Assembly (NCBI RefSeq): GCF_052425735.1 | Contig: NC_135763.1 | Span: forward strand, 10,230,001-10,294,000 | DNA from: Oculina patagonica | Lineage: Eukaryota | Length of the DNA: 64,000 bases | Direction: 5' to 3' | In this document: piece after piece, positions 41,343 to 55,100 of the stretch | How the letters are laid out: each line of letters starts with the position of its first letter | Numbering within the stretch: position 1 is the stretch's first letter | Made by a program: the position numbers and the translations under genes | The notes under the pieces: model-generated | Databases searched by the model: none | Told to the model about the DNA's origin: nothing | The model's input: only the letters and a program-made list of their open reading frames with translations

Positions 41343-42201
41343 GTTCACCTATCGCTTATCACACTCGGTTCCAGCCTCTTCCGCTCACTTGCATAGCATG
41401 GATTGCCCTGGGAATGAGGCTGGGATCCACTCTATTAACTCTAGGAAGGATTACTATACAAGAATGTTAAACAGTCAAGTTGTCTTTATTTATTTAAAAT
41501 TCTTTGCTTTTCACACTCTTCTGAAGATAATAAATAAAATGCTTTTCTCGTTTACATAAAAACACACTAGTTAGAACTTTTTCTTGTGCTTTCCAATACA
41601 CCTTCATTCTATTTACAGGCTTTTTAATGGAAACCAATACCAAAAATAATAGTACCTTTTTATTATTTAGAACTGGTTATAACTTTAAGAAAATGTAAGG
41701 TGGCTAATTCAAGGCACATTAAATTCTGGGTAATCCCTCATCGATGAAAATGGACAAATAAGTACTGCATCTTTTAAAAACATGTGAACTCATAGTTCTG
41801 CATTTTTCCAGTTGTCAATCATAATAACAATGAGAATCAACAACCAATTATCTTGCTGTTGTTGTAAAACCTTGACAAAAAAAAGAAACAAACAAAATGG
41901 ATAGAAATCTGCCAATCCCTACCCACAGATATGACCCGTTGAAACCATTAAGTCTAAAATTTATATTTTCTGAGAGGTCTCCTAACTAAAGATGATTGAC
42001 GTCAGGGGAAAATGCAGTCATTGATCAAGCAGAATTCATGTGTTATTAAAAGGTGCAGTAAGCCCCAAGCAGTGAGAGGTTCAGACAAAGTGGGGGACCA
42101 TAGTGAAAAGTACTGGGTCCCCCCTAAACCCTCAACTATCAACTACAAGCAGATAGCTTTTTCACAATAGTATCATAGCTCCTTTTTCCAGCAACTATGA
42201 C

Positions 42202-42428
42202 CAGGGTTCGTACTCTTTCGAGCTTTTGAAATTAATTATCTTGATGTCGGGTACATTTTTACCCTTTTTAGGGGAAAAAACCTGCCTTATTTATTTTGTA
42301 CAATCTATACCATTTTCCATGACTTTCCATGACCCACACTTAAATTCCATGACTTTCCAGGGCTGAAAAATAAAAAAATTCTACAATTCCATGACTTTCC
42401 AGGTTTTTCATGACCTGTACGAACCCTG
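42202..42428. mobile_element. MITE (CAGGGTTCGTAC TIR)
   Basis: Perfect 12-bp TIR, TATGAC on both flanks, internal TTCCATGAC repeats. Confidence 0.7.
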
Positions 42429-43105
42429 TATGACATAAAAATCTTAGCATTGCAGAGGGGTGAGTTGATTGTTTTTGTGGAGTTAATGATTACTTCTGAA
42501 AGAAAGTTGTAGTTGTTTACTAGTAGAGTTTGTGCAAACCCCCCCCCCCCCGCAATCCTTCCCCTTTTATGGATGACACTTTTTCACATTGGGGAGATAT
42601 GCTGGATTTTTTTTTTTTGGGGGGGGGGATGAAATATTTTTATAGAAGAAATGTTTTTGAGGGATACCAACACAGTGTTATGCATGTCAGAATATATTTC
42701 TCAAATGGTCACAAAAAAGGTCATGGGTGTCAGAGCGTGCCCTTTTGCCAGCTGATGCAATACTGATTGAAATGCCTTGTAATGAGAAGTACATTAGTGC
42801 AACATGGGGTCAAGAGTTGTTGAGCTATGGTAAGAACATCTTTGTGGAAAATATTTTCAATACAGCTATCATAATTGGGGGCTGGGAAACCATGGCAGCA
42901 AGCTCTTTTAGCAGTGATGCAACCCCTAAGAGTACTTACTCGAAGGCTAATAAATAGGGTTTATTAATGTGCTGTGTCTCATTTTAGAAAACCACCTAAA
43001 GTTTTCATAAGTTAGATGCATTTCTCACTCCGCTGTATGAGCAAACCAGCTGTGCAAAGTCTCATACATTAATCATGTATGTCCATTGCTTTGAAGTCGT
43101 GCTTG

Positions 43106-46100
43106 TTAGCTGGGTGACTCTAATGGCACAAGGTCTGTGTGGTGTGACTTGACTCGTTGAAGTAGATGTTGCCCAACAGGGACAAATTGCCCTTCCCACA
43201 TGTCTCGTAACACATCTGGCAGGCTGGACTCCATGGAGTCTAATTCACTATGGTCAAGAACTATGTCTTCATCTGAAACAGAATTCAGTAGAAATCAATG
43301 ACTTCAGGTTAAACTGATGTTGTTCTTCCTCATCCCCAGTTAACCATGATTGTTGGGGGAATGCTTGTTAATTATTGAGGAAAGCAGGGGGGTGGGGTGT
43401 GGAGATATTGTGGTTTGAGCTTACTCCCAGTCCCCCCCCCCCCCCGCCAGCCTGTGGAGGAGGCAGGATTATGTTTAATATTTACTTGTCCTCGTGATGG
43501 TTAAACTTTCTCTCTGCAATATAATAAATTATAGCCCCTTCTTAACTTCCCAGGCAAAGCCAAGATATCAGTGGCAAAATTTATTACATTGTTTCTTCAC
43601 TACTTTTATCACTTGTCACTAAAAGATCCCAAATCCTTTTTAAAAATCCTTCAAACAGTAGTATATCAAGGATCAGGGTCTAACAGTCAAAACACAAAAA
43701 TCTTGTCATTTGTCCTACCCAGATATTGTGTAAGAATATCCTTTAACTCTAATGTTTCTTGATCACCAAATGTCTCTGAAGAGCTGGTTATCTTGTCACT
43801 GAAAATTGACAGATCATTAGCACTTGTACAAACAAAAGAAGTAAGTACTAAATTTGAGATACCAAACAAAATCAAGTTTGTAAGTGAAGCTTTTGGAGCA
43901 ATCACATTGCTTTTCTCAAGTGATAACGCAGTCAAAGCTCTCTTAAGCGGACACCCTCGGGACGCGAAAAAAGTGTCCGTAACTGGAGCTGGCCGCTTAT
44001 GAGAATGGTTCTCGTAAGCGGCCACAAGAGGTGTAGGGGATAAATGGCCGCTTAAGGGAGCTTGCCCTGTTAAAAATAACCAGACGGACGTGGATGGCAA
44101 CAAAACAAGCATTGAAATATGGTACTGTAATTACTTTAAAATCATTGTAACGAACGGCGATGTGAAGTTGATTGATAAACATAAGATGCAGAAGTTGTTA
44201 ATAGGATTTTCTTTGGGGTGTCCGCTTACGGGAGCTTAAAAACAAAGAAAAAGTCTAAGTCGTAATCTCTGAAAGTGTCCGTGGCTGCTTACCGGAATGT
44301 CCGCTTACGAGAATGTAAAAATACAGAGTTTGTATGGGAGTTAAAACAGGGTTTCAAATTAGGCGCGCCGTAAGTAGAGCTGTCCACTTACGAGAGTGTC
44401 CGTTAAAAGAGCTTTGACTGTATTGATGCAAGTGATAATTAAATAACCCACCTATAGTTCCACAGTATCTGGCAGACCATACTTGACAACTGCCAATCAT
44501 GTTTACCAAAGTCACGCAAAACATCCACCAGTCTGATAAGAGAAAAACAGTTGCCTTAGAAGAAGAGATACCATAAATAATCTAAGGGTCTTGAGGGGGG
44601 GGGGGGGGCATTAAATAGATATGAGGCATTTACCATATTGGAAAGAGGCATTTGTTACAATTTTACTCTATGGAGCTTTTCCTTGGTTTCGAAGCAATCC
44701 TTGGGGGCATTTATTAGATATGAGGCGTTTTTTGAGAGAGGGCCTTTATTAGATCATTTACGGTACCAGTAATATTAATAGTTACCGTATTTATTCGATT
44801 TAGCGCCCAACCTCGAATAAGCGCCCACCTCGAATAAGCGCCCACCCTGTACGTAGGAAAAATTAATAAGCGCCCAGCCTCGAATAACCGCCCACCTCCA
44901 CCCCTCTAAATTGAGGGCACAAGAGGAATTTTGATTATTTTTGAAGTTGAGATTAAAATTGACCAACTACTATTAAATGACTATCCCGAAAACCGAGTTT
45001 TTTTAGCTTTTTTACTGAAACTTTAAATGAATACTTAATTTCAGCTTTCGTACACCTTCACATTAAGTTATTACAATTGTTGTTTTCTTGCAAAATAAAC
45101 GTGCTACTTGCTTAAAATGGTGAAAATTTAATAAGCGCCCAGCCTCGAATAAGCGCCCACCTCGAATAAGTGCCCACCCTCAAGGTCCAAAAATTTAATA
45201 AGCGCCCAGGGCGGTAAATCGAATAAATACGGTATTACAAATAATTAGTATTGAAAGACCCCTATGACTTACTTTTTAATTCCATCCTCTTCTTTTAACT
45301 TTGGTTTTATTTGCTCATCTATCATCAAGTTGATAAGCACACCACATGCTGTGTAAACAGTTTCTCTCTCTCCAGCGTCCAACAAAGCAATCATGATCTC
45401 ATCAACTAAGAGTCAAACAATATAAAGATCATAAAAGAAAGGAACCCTAATTGGAAAGAACTGTAATCAAAATACATAATTCACAACAAAAACAACAACA
45501 TGTAGTGACAATTCTGTCAAAAACCATTCAAGAGACATCAACCTGGGAGGTGTTTTACTTTTTCTACTTATTAACCTAGTATTAAGAAACTAGTTTTAAA
45601 ATAAAAATAAAAATAACTGAGATCAAAAATTAACTGCAACATATACATGGATCCTTTGAGAGAAACATCATTAGACATGAATTTGTCAAATCAATCTTAG
45701 ATATCTCTTCTATAGTGTGGGGAAAAATAAATGCATAAATTAAAAGGTACTTCTGTTCTATCACTTTCATCTAATTTTAAAAATCAACTTTTACCTTTGT
45801 GTTCAGCCAGTAAAGCCCTAACTTCCTTGGATCTTGAAAAGTTTCCAAATACACGGCTGGCTTCCACCATTGCATCCATGTTTTCTGGCATTAGCAAGGA
45901 AATTAACACTGCAACGAAATTTATAATAATAAATTATAAACAAAGCCAGGAAGAAAACTTACTATTAATTATTAATCAATGAATCAATAACACCTAAAAT
46001 TTAATATGTATTCCTAAATTTTAGGTGTTATTGACTCAGAATACTTAGTGCTACCACGAGTACTCAATAATTATGAAGGTGCCATAACATGCTACAGTAA

Positions 46101-49100
46101 TATGTAACTTACTACACAGCCTCAATAAGCATTGTTTTATGCTGGCCGAGCAAAATGAGTGGAAAACACTTTTCTCACACACAGTTTGAGAGTCTGGGTA
46201 CTAGTTTAGAATCATCCTCAGTCATGACAAATAAATAAAAAAAGAGACACTGTGAATCCTGGCCACTGAAAAAAATTCAGTGGCTCAGGTGGGACTCGAA
46301 CCCACAACCTTCGGGTTGCATGACCACTGCTCTACCATCTGAGCTACAGAGCCACAGATGGGAACAGCGCGTGAGTGAATCACATGTGAACAGGAGTTTC
46401 CTGCAACAAACATGTGAAACATGTATTACATGTGAAGAACAAATAAATGCGGATGAACAGTGTTTCGATTCTAGTTTAGAATCATCCTCAGTCATGACAA
46501 ATAAATGAAATGAGACACTGTGAATCCTGGCCACTGAAAAAAAATCAGTGGCTCAGGTGGGACTCGAACCCACAACCTTCGGGTTGCATGACCACTGCTC
46601 TACCATCTGAGCTACAGAGCCACAGATGGGAACAGCGCGTGAGTGAATCACATGTGAACAGGAGTTTCCTGCAACAAACATGTGAAACATGTATTACATG
46701 TGAAGAACAAATAAATGCGGATGAACAGTGTTTCGATTCTAGTTTAGAATCATCCTCAGTCATGACAAATAAATGAAATGAGACACTGTGAATCCTGGCC
46801 ACTGAAAAAAATTCAGTGGCTCAGGTGGGACTCGAACCCACGACCTTCGGGTTGCATGACCACATCAGTGGCCAGGATTCACAGTGTCTCATTTCATTTA
46901 TTTGTCTGGGTGCTAGTGTGTGGAGAAGATAAGTCACATGGCCAGTGATAAGTTTATGTAATGTTTAAGAAATGAGCAGCAGTGTTTATTAGCAAGCGCA
47001 ACTTGATAAAACAAGAACTGTAAATTTATTGAACGCTTAAAAATCTTCTGATGTAGATCAACTCATTCTTGCCCTAATATTTAGATTTGGGTTTATTTTG
47101 GCCTAGAAAATTGGACTTGAAGTTTAGCCGTGTCTTTATCAGATATACCGTAAAGACACTCATTGAACATTAATTTCTTTTGTATTTTCTTTATGAATTA
47201 TTAATGAGTTTTTTAAGTACAAACTGAGTACCGTAAAATTCCGGTTATAAGCCCTGGGCTTATACAACTTCGTAAGGGGTTTTGGGTGGGCTTATAAGCG
47301 GAGGGGCTTATATCCGGGAGGGCTTATAAGCAGAATAAAAAAACATTTCGAAACGATTGTCTTAGTTCAGCTTTTTCACCTTCATTGGCCACAATCCTGG
47401 CTGAGTGGTTTAGCTTGGCATGGCTCATAGTCATGTGCAAAAAATGGTATTTTCTCCATGATTATTTTACTTGGGATGGACAAATAATATTATCCCAGAG
47501 GAGAAGCCACAATACTCCTTGTTGCTATAGAAACCAAACTGTAAGTACCAGATGTGTTGGCCACTTGGCTTGATAGTGAAACTTATACAACTTATACTTA
47601 TACTTATTAGTATACAACTTTAACTTACTTTCAGTAATCTCAACTTGTCTCTGTTGTACAACACTGTCGGCGTCATTGTAAAATGACAGGTTATTAAGAG
47701 TCGCAACTGTATTCAGGACAAGTTCTTCGCTGTTGTTTGCATCTTTAACATCTGCAATAATCCACAAAAAAGAAACTCATTAAAAGTGCTCAGCTTGTCA
47801 TGTCCCAAAAGGGATCAACATAATTTTTCTAATAATTTTCATACTGGTACACAGTCAACCATTCAGGTGACAAGAAAAACTCATTAGGAGGGGGGCATTG
47901 GGGCCTGTAAGAAACCAAAAAACCGCACAAAAAATCATGCAAAACCGATAAACCAAAGTGAATTTCGATCAAAACCGAAAACGGAACATAACATGCCAAA
48001 TTCCAAAGCTCTGACTAACCTTAATTGGTACCCCGTGATTTGAAAGAAGGAAGAAAGGAATTTTTTAAAGAGTCTTGACAACTAACTTGCATTTTAAACA
48101 TAAAAGCAGGTTTTCTCTCTACCAGCATGATCTCAGAGAAACAGTACTGTAAACCAAATAGGAAAAGCCGAAAACCACAGCAAATACTAAATCCGAAAAA
48201 AAAAACGCTAGTATTTTTGCTGGAAACCAAAAACCGCATGCTAATAGAAGAAAAACCCGAAAACCAAAGAAGACACCAAAACCGAAAAACCACCGTTTTT
48301 TGTTGCGAAAACTGAAAAACCGATCTAAAAAAAGGCCAAAACCGAGAAACCAAAAACCCCAAAGTCCCCCTCCATTAGTGACGAAACTAACCTCTAAAGA
48401 AATCTAAGAAAAACAGTAAGGAACAGCCTTGTGACTGAACAAATAGAAGACATAAATTCTTGTTTGAACCATTCATGTGTTTTCCTGCACTACTGACAGT
48501 TTTATTGAACTGAGCTGTGAACTTAGTCTTGAAACTCAGTTATATGATTACAGTCCAACCTCGTTATTTCGAACTGTCAGGGGAAAGCGAAAATAGTTTG
48601 AAATAGCACACAATAAAAGACTGAAGTGCAAATTCAAGGGAAATTGGTTTTAGTTTGAAATAACAGGGAATTTGAAATAACCAAGTTAGAATTAGCGGGG
48701 TCCAACTGTAGTTAACTGTCTGCAAAAATATTAACTGCTACAAAATTGACATTAACACAAGAACCTGTGAATTTGTTTCTATGTCTGCTGTGTCATTGGT
48801 ACTTTTTAATTAGCAGCAGCTACACTAGTTATTTAAGTTTATAGCTTACCAAGAATCTGGATTAACAGGTTCACTAATGCTTCATTGGCAGCCATGCCCG
48901 CACCAGCTTCTGGACTGATTGAAAGGTTGGCAATCACTCTGATGGCCTGCAAGTTATTTAAAGTAACACCAAAAATTATGCATGAGAAATCCGCCTCTAG
49001 AGATGTCCCTGATGACGGTGGGTTGGTTTAAGAGAACAATGGAACAAGCAATGGGAGCAATACTCAGGGTTTTCAATAGGAATCAGTGTAGGCGGCAAAA

Positions 49101-52100
49101 GTTTAGGAGTAGGCGGAGGAGGGAGTACTTGTGACAAAGGCGCAGCCTTCTAGGGGGGCTTATATTTTTTAATTTACAAAAAAGACCATTCGCTTTAGGG
49201 GTAAAGGGTTAAGTTGTCAAAGGTGCCTTGAAAGTCCATAAAGAAATGTTGCCAATTTTAACTTACATCTATTCCACTGAGTGCTTTATAAAACAAAACC
49301 TACCTTAATCAGGACCTCTTCATTCTTGTTAGGGCCTTTGTTTTCACCATTCAGTTGTTTTTCTGCAGTTGAGGGTCCATTTTTCAGTACCTTCAACCAA
49401 CAATAAACACACAAATTTATTTTATGAACTATTTTCGATTTACAACTTTAGGCTATTAAAAAAATGTGGCGAACATACATGTATCATGGACATGAAGGGT
49501 ATAAATAACATTATTATAAGGCAATGCAAGCAATGACGTATCCTCACCATGAGCCCACCAATTTAAGCAATTGGGAAAAGCCTGAAAAAAATTCAGGGTT
49601 TCAACAGGATTTAAACCTGTCATCTCCCAATTCTGGTGCAATGCTCTTCCAGCTCAGCTATGAAGCCACCCATGGAAGCCAGGTCATTTTTGTGGAATTT
49701 ATCTTAATTCCCATGAAGAAATAGATCACAGAATAAATGAAATCATATGTACCGTATTTATTCGACTAAGCGCCCAATCTCGAATAAGCACCCACCTCGA
49801 ATAAGCGCCCACCCTGAAGGTAGAAAAAGTTAATAAGCGCCCAGCCTCGAATAAGCGCCCACCCCCACCCCACAAAAATACTAAAGTGCACAAGAGGAGT
49901 ATTGATTATTGAAATTGACTAAGTACTTTTAAGAAGACTTCCCCCATGACCGAGTTTTCTGAGTATTTAAAAATTTTATAACCGCCCAGCCTCGAATTAG
50001 CGCCCACCTCGAATAAGCGCCCACCCTCAAGGACCAAAAATTTAATAAGCGCCCAGGGCGCTTAGTCGAATAAATACGGTAATTATGAGAGTGAGATCAG
50101 ATCATTAACTTAAAAGAAGAAAACCAGCCAAACCTCCATCTCCATGTTGAAGTATGTCTGCATAACAGACAGTAAGACGGCCATGAAGGACTCATCAAGG
50201 AAAAAAGCTTCCCGGACTTTCTCACTCTTGGATGTTAAATTACCCAAAATAAAACAGCCGCGGACAACCAACTCCTGAAAAATGAGAAGAAATATGATTA
50301 AACAATAAATTCACTGAGCTCTTAAAAGATTATCTTGATGTTCCAACAACTAAAGACCATGAAATAATTGCAAATCTGGACATCATTACATTTAAATTGG
50401 GAATTTGTTCCTTGTATCTTGTACATACCTGTTTCTTTTCATACTCTGATAATATCTTGCACAATGCCTGAAGCCAAGTGAAAGAGTCACTGTCCAACAG
50501 CTCACTACAACATTCTGTGTACAATGTAAGCTTGCTGTGGTAAAGCGAATAAATAAAACAGTTATTAATCAACACTTGGAATCTATTAGTCAGTTAAGTT
50601 CTTGGATTATGAAATACAAGTCAGAAAGACTTGTGCAAAACCTGTTTCCTTTGAAGCAAAACATCATAGATGAAGATGGATTGGCACACCTGTTGAATCA
50701 CTTTCTCATGGTAGCTCTCCTACAGGTGGCTATGCATCATGGAAAATGGTAATGGAAGGAAAAGAAAGAGGAGACTAAGGGAGACAGGGAGATCCTCAGT
50801 TGATCAGGAGATTAAGGAGCAAGGAGGGAGTTGGGGGTTGGTGACAAAATTAGTGAAAGACAAGCAACACTGGTGTGGGCATCAACAAAGAGAATTAAGT
50901 ACATGCACCCCTCTACCACAATTTTTTCATCTACTGCAAAGGTTGGATGTGGACATAAACTAAAAAAACATGATACTGCTTATTTATTTATGACCAGCTC
51001 ATCATGATGACCTCACCTTAATGCTCGGCACACATTCCACACCACGTCACCGTCAGATGAGTATGGTCCCAGAACTATGGCCAAGTTTCTAACTACACCA
51101 GTGCTGACGAAAAGCTCTTTGGCTCCAGTAACATCAGCAAGATTTCTCAGTGCTCCTGTTACCTGCAGTTATCGTGAGAAGCCATGATGATGTTTAGGGC
51201 ATTCAATGAACATAAAAATAAATTTTGCTTTGTTTTTTAGCTGTTAGTTGTGTTCAATCACAATCAAAAACTTTCTTATTCTAAAAAGAAAAGAAAAATG
51301 TACCTGAACAAGTAAACTGGTGAACTGTGAATTCCCTTTCATGGACATCAACACCTAACAAAATACAACATTGAAATTATGATACTGAACCAATACATGT
51401 TATTGAAATATTAATATTAATAGTTTTTTTATGCCTCAGATACACGCAGTTTGAAAGATGTGGTTTGTCATTTTACAGGCCATATCCTACAGCTTGCTTC
51501 TGCTTAACTTGAAATGTTTTACTTTCACCAGATTGAGATATTATAAACATTTTTGCATAACCTTGATTTCTCGGTCCACACTGACCATTGACAGTACCTT
51601 TAGATACCAAACAAGCTTCAAACTCGATAAAACAAGAGGCACACATATACATTCAGACAGAACATTTTGAACTGTCACAAAAGGCTTTAATAACACTTCG
51701 CTTCTTCCAAGAAAAAAATAAAGACATTACTACATGTAATCCCCCACGAGATACTGTTTAGATTAAGGATATTATTAACAATGTCATTTGTACATCTATA
51801 GGACATGTACTTACATCTTTACTTATGGCATCAAGAATCTGTCCCAAACCCTCAATGCCTTCCAGAGAAACCAGCTCTTTTTGAGCTGTAGGATTATTAC
51901 TAGAGAGATGTTTTATAGCTCCAGCAGTATATACCAGTGCATCATGGTGACTTCCTATTTCACAGCTTTTTATTGTGTCTACTAAGCATTCTGAAAAAAT
52001 AAAATGATACATACAATCAGGGCTGTCATTAAGTTTTCAAGCAGCCGTAACATTGAAGTTATCGACCATAGTATTTCCTTCTGTACATGTATGCAAGTGT

Positions 52101-55100
52101 AACGTAACACCAATGAACATTTTCATTGGTCAAGCATTGCTAAGTGAACTTAGTCATAACAGGTGTTTTGGGTTATGGCCCTTAATGAAAGCCCTGACAA
52201 TGTTATTTTATGATCATGAAATATTACAGTTATAGTTCCTGTAGTGAAAACACGTGCTGTCTTTGGCAAATCTGTGTCAAAGCACTCATTATTTTGACAA
52301 AGACTAACTGACTCCAATAATTACTTAAATGTAATTAAGGCAAGGTTAACTTGAGACAGTGCTGGCCAGCAGTCTCCTTCACTAATGCGAGAAGGTCTGA
52401 GGGCTTTTACAGGACCTTTAATAGTAAATTAACAGCTCTCCCACTGAGGTCAAGTTTTGCAAACACAAACACCCTAGTCATGGAACAAGCTTTTTGCTCA
52501 CCTCCCTCCCCTCCCTCAAGGTAAATACTGGTACATGACGTATGTAATTAATTTTTTCCACTGAGAAATTCAGTGTGAGTGTGCCTGGTGGTTGCCGCTC
52601 ACAAGGTTGTCATGGTTACCTTCCGGGCTCCCTTAAAGCTCCAACAGAACTTTCAGGAACCTTCCCCCACACTCATCTATTGGTGATGAGTTTAAAATAT
52701 CAGTAAGAAAATCCCATGGACAAGAAATGCAATATTATAAACATTAAATTATTTTATCTTACTTAAAATGTCCTCTTCAAGGAATAACTGATCATTCTTC
52801 TCTGTTTTAGCCACTCTGTACACAATCATACACACGTTGGTTAAATTATTTCCAGTTACTTTCATCTGCAATAGATACAAAGAAATCATCAGATGATGAT
52901 GATGATAAACGTGGCCTTTCAAATTGGAACTGGCCATCGGCTGCATTATTGGTACTGACTGGTAGAAATACGGGTTCTGGGGATGAAATTGTGCGCCACC
53001 AATTTGGGTGCAAAGATGTGGTGAAAATAGTAGCCTGCGTGGTCGGCGTTCAAAGGGGAAGGAGAAGGGGAGTTCGAGCGCGAAGCACGGGGTGCGAGGA
53101 GAGAGAGCGAAGGACGATCGGGAAAGGGGGGAAGGGGAACGCCTGCCCTGACGCTATTGTTTTTGTCGTTTTTTACGTCCAGATTCTGGACGCAAAAATC
53201 GCGATTGGTCAGAATTTATAGAGTGTGAAAATTGATTGTTCTGATCAGTCAGATGTATGTCATTCAATTGATTAATTTGATTGCTGTGGTCTGTTCTCAA
53301 CTTTCATTCAATGCAGATAAATCCAATGGCGAATGTTATGAGCGATTTCTCTGCGAAGCAGTTGATTCTTTGAAAGAAATCGGCCGTTGTAGGATTTGGT
53401 ATCAAACTACTGAATTTGCGAAGAATAACAAGTTATAGCAGCCGGTAAGCGCTACACGCTGTGAGTTGTAAAGTTGTTTGGGTCACGGCCGGTTGCAACC
53501 CGACGACATAAACTCAAACACCGGAAACGCTGCTTGATTGAAACACCTACCTACTAACTCTGATTGAAATAAACGTTCTCAGTCTAAGGACGGCAACTTT
53601 TCGTAACAAATCCGCAGTTGAAGGGTGCAAGGAAGATATATCTGACCTGATCTACCATGAAAAGATTTTGTTTTGCCATATTTCTGACAAGAAGACGAGA
53701 AGAAAAGAAATTAGATAGGCAATTCGAGCGGTGAAGGGTTTTATTCCCCGCGAAAATCGACACCGATTAGATTGGATAATTTTGACAGCCAGACGTAAAA
53801 CAGAGGGCAAGCAGATGACACGTACTTCCCCCTTCTCCGATCGCGCTTCACGCTCTCTCCTCGCTCCTTGCGCTTCGCACTCCAATTCCCCTTCTCCTTC
53901 CCCTTTGAATGCTGGCCACGCAGGCTATGAAAATAGTTGCCCAATTTACTACACAGCTCAAGAGTTAATTGAAAAGATTTTTTCTGACATTAATTGACAA
54001 GCAATCGTGGTTTACAAGTTCCAATACTTCCAGCCACTTCATAAAAACCAGAGCCTGGTAAGTCAACTTGGCTTGGAATCAAACTTAAATCTTTTACCTT
54101 TTATAGAGAGTGAACTGAAGCTGTTCAATAATTTGATGCTTACCGAAAGAATCAACCTTCCAAGTCTCAGGAGTAACCTCGGATCACTGAGATCCAAGAA
54201 CTTAAAAACTGTCCGTAAGATCTCCCCTCTTCTTCGTGCAGAAAAGCTTCCACTAGCTTTTCCAATTAAACCTTTCTTTTCTAAAGCGTTCCACAGTTTT
54301 AAACAATCTTGACAAAGATCCTTAACATTCTTCTCTGCAAATCTTTCCTCCATTTGAGCAAGCAATGGTTTAACGTGTTCCTCGTAATACGAAACTAGTT
54401 CATCCTTGGGTTTATCTTCTTCCACCTGTGGCTTTTTCCGTTTTTTATCTCCACTTCCACCTCTTTCACTTGCTTTTTTCCGCGATCTTCCTGAAGTCGG
54501 AGAGGTCTGGCCAACAGTCTGTTCATTTGAGATTCCTGTAGGATCTCCGCGTTCGAGAGGACCACTCTTGACACGAGTGATAGAATCTACGACTGGTGGA
54601 CTGCGCTCTTTTGGTCCACTTCTTACTCTCCTTGTTGTAGTGACATCCTTTGAGACTGCAGGTGGTGTGGGTAAAATTTCTGATGAGCTACGCCGAAGAG
54701 CTTCACTCAAACTGGGAGGAGTGCCAGAAAGAGACCCTCTTTTTGGAGGAGAAGGAGAAAGTTCAGTTCTTGCTTCTCTATCTTGTTGTCCTATCGCAAC
54801 ATTATGCAGCTTCTGATTGAGTTTTTCAGCATTTAACTCTTCAACAGGACCTGATAATGAAGATCTTAGAGGTCTCCTGGCTTTTCCTGAGGGCTGAAGA
54901 AAACAACTTACAGTGAAAAACAAATGAACTTTTAAACAGAAAAATTCAAGTAGACATAAATTTACACCTAAAATTATGTGTCTAAAGAAAATAACCTACA
55001 TGTAGTTAAACAAACAAATATTCTTGTCCCAAGGTCTGAAAAATTTATAAGCAAAGCTTTCGACTGTATCGCACAGTATTCATCAGCGACTAAAAATGAG

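Larger units (their letters stand above)
46201..46906 (-). mobile_element. Retrozyme-like tandem element: about 2.5 x 268-bp units (tRNA-like head + type III hammerhead), 5' inversion, TSD
   Basis: Near-identical 268-bp units. Pseudo-tRNA heads at 46281-46353, 46549-46621 and partial 46817-46863. Inverted segment at about 46865-46906. Flanking direct repeat GTCTGGGT(A/G)CTAGT at 46192-46205 and 46904-46917. Confidence 0.9.

Noticed and set aside
43687-44112. 141-aa ORF (and similar 17510-17752)
   Set aside because: Mostly MITE sequence; only the part at 43719-43798 is a real ARMC2 exon.
46281-46353. Functional tRNA-Ala(TGC) genes (also 46549-46621, about 1629-1705 and others)
   Set aside because: The anticodon stem is mostly unpaired, U33 is missing and the acceptor stem has a mismatch. 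They are embedded in mobile repeat units, so treated as tRNA-derived heads.
46277-46802. Duplicated 62-88 aa ORFs on both strands
   Set aside because: Incidental frames across the tRNA/hammerhead unit with no protein features.
46201-46863. CRISPR array (also the GGGCGCTTATTCGAGG repeats at 5454-5897 and 44785-45232)
   Set aside because: No unique spacers and no cas genes, in a eukaryotic context. These are tandem units or MITE subterminal repeats.
54406-54816. 136-aa plus-strand ORF
   Set aside because: Antisense shadow of ARMC2 exon 3.
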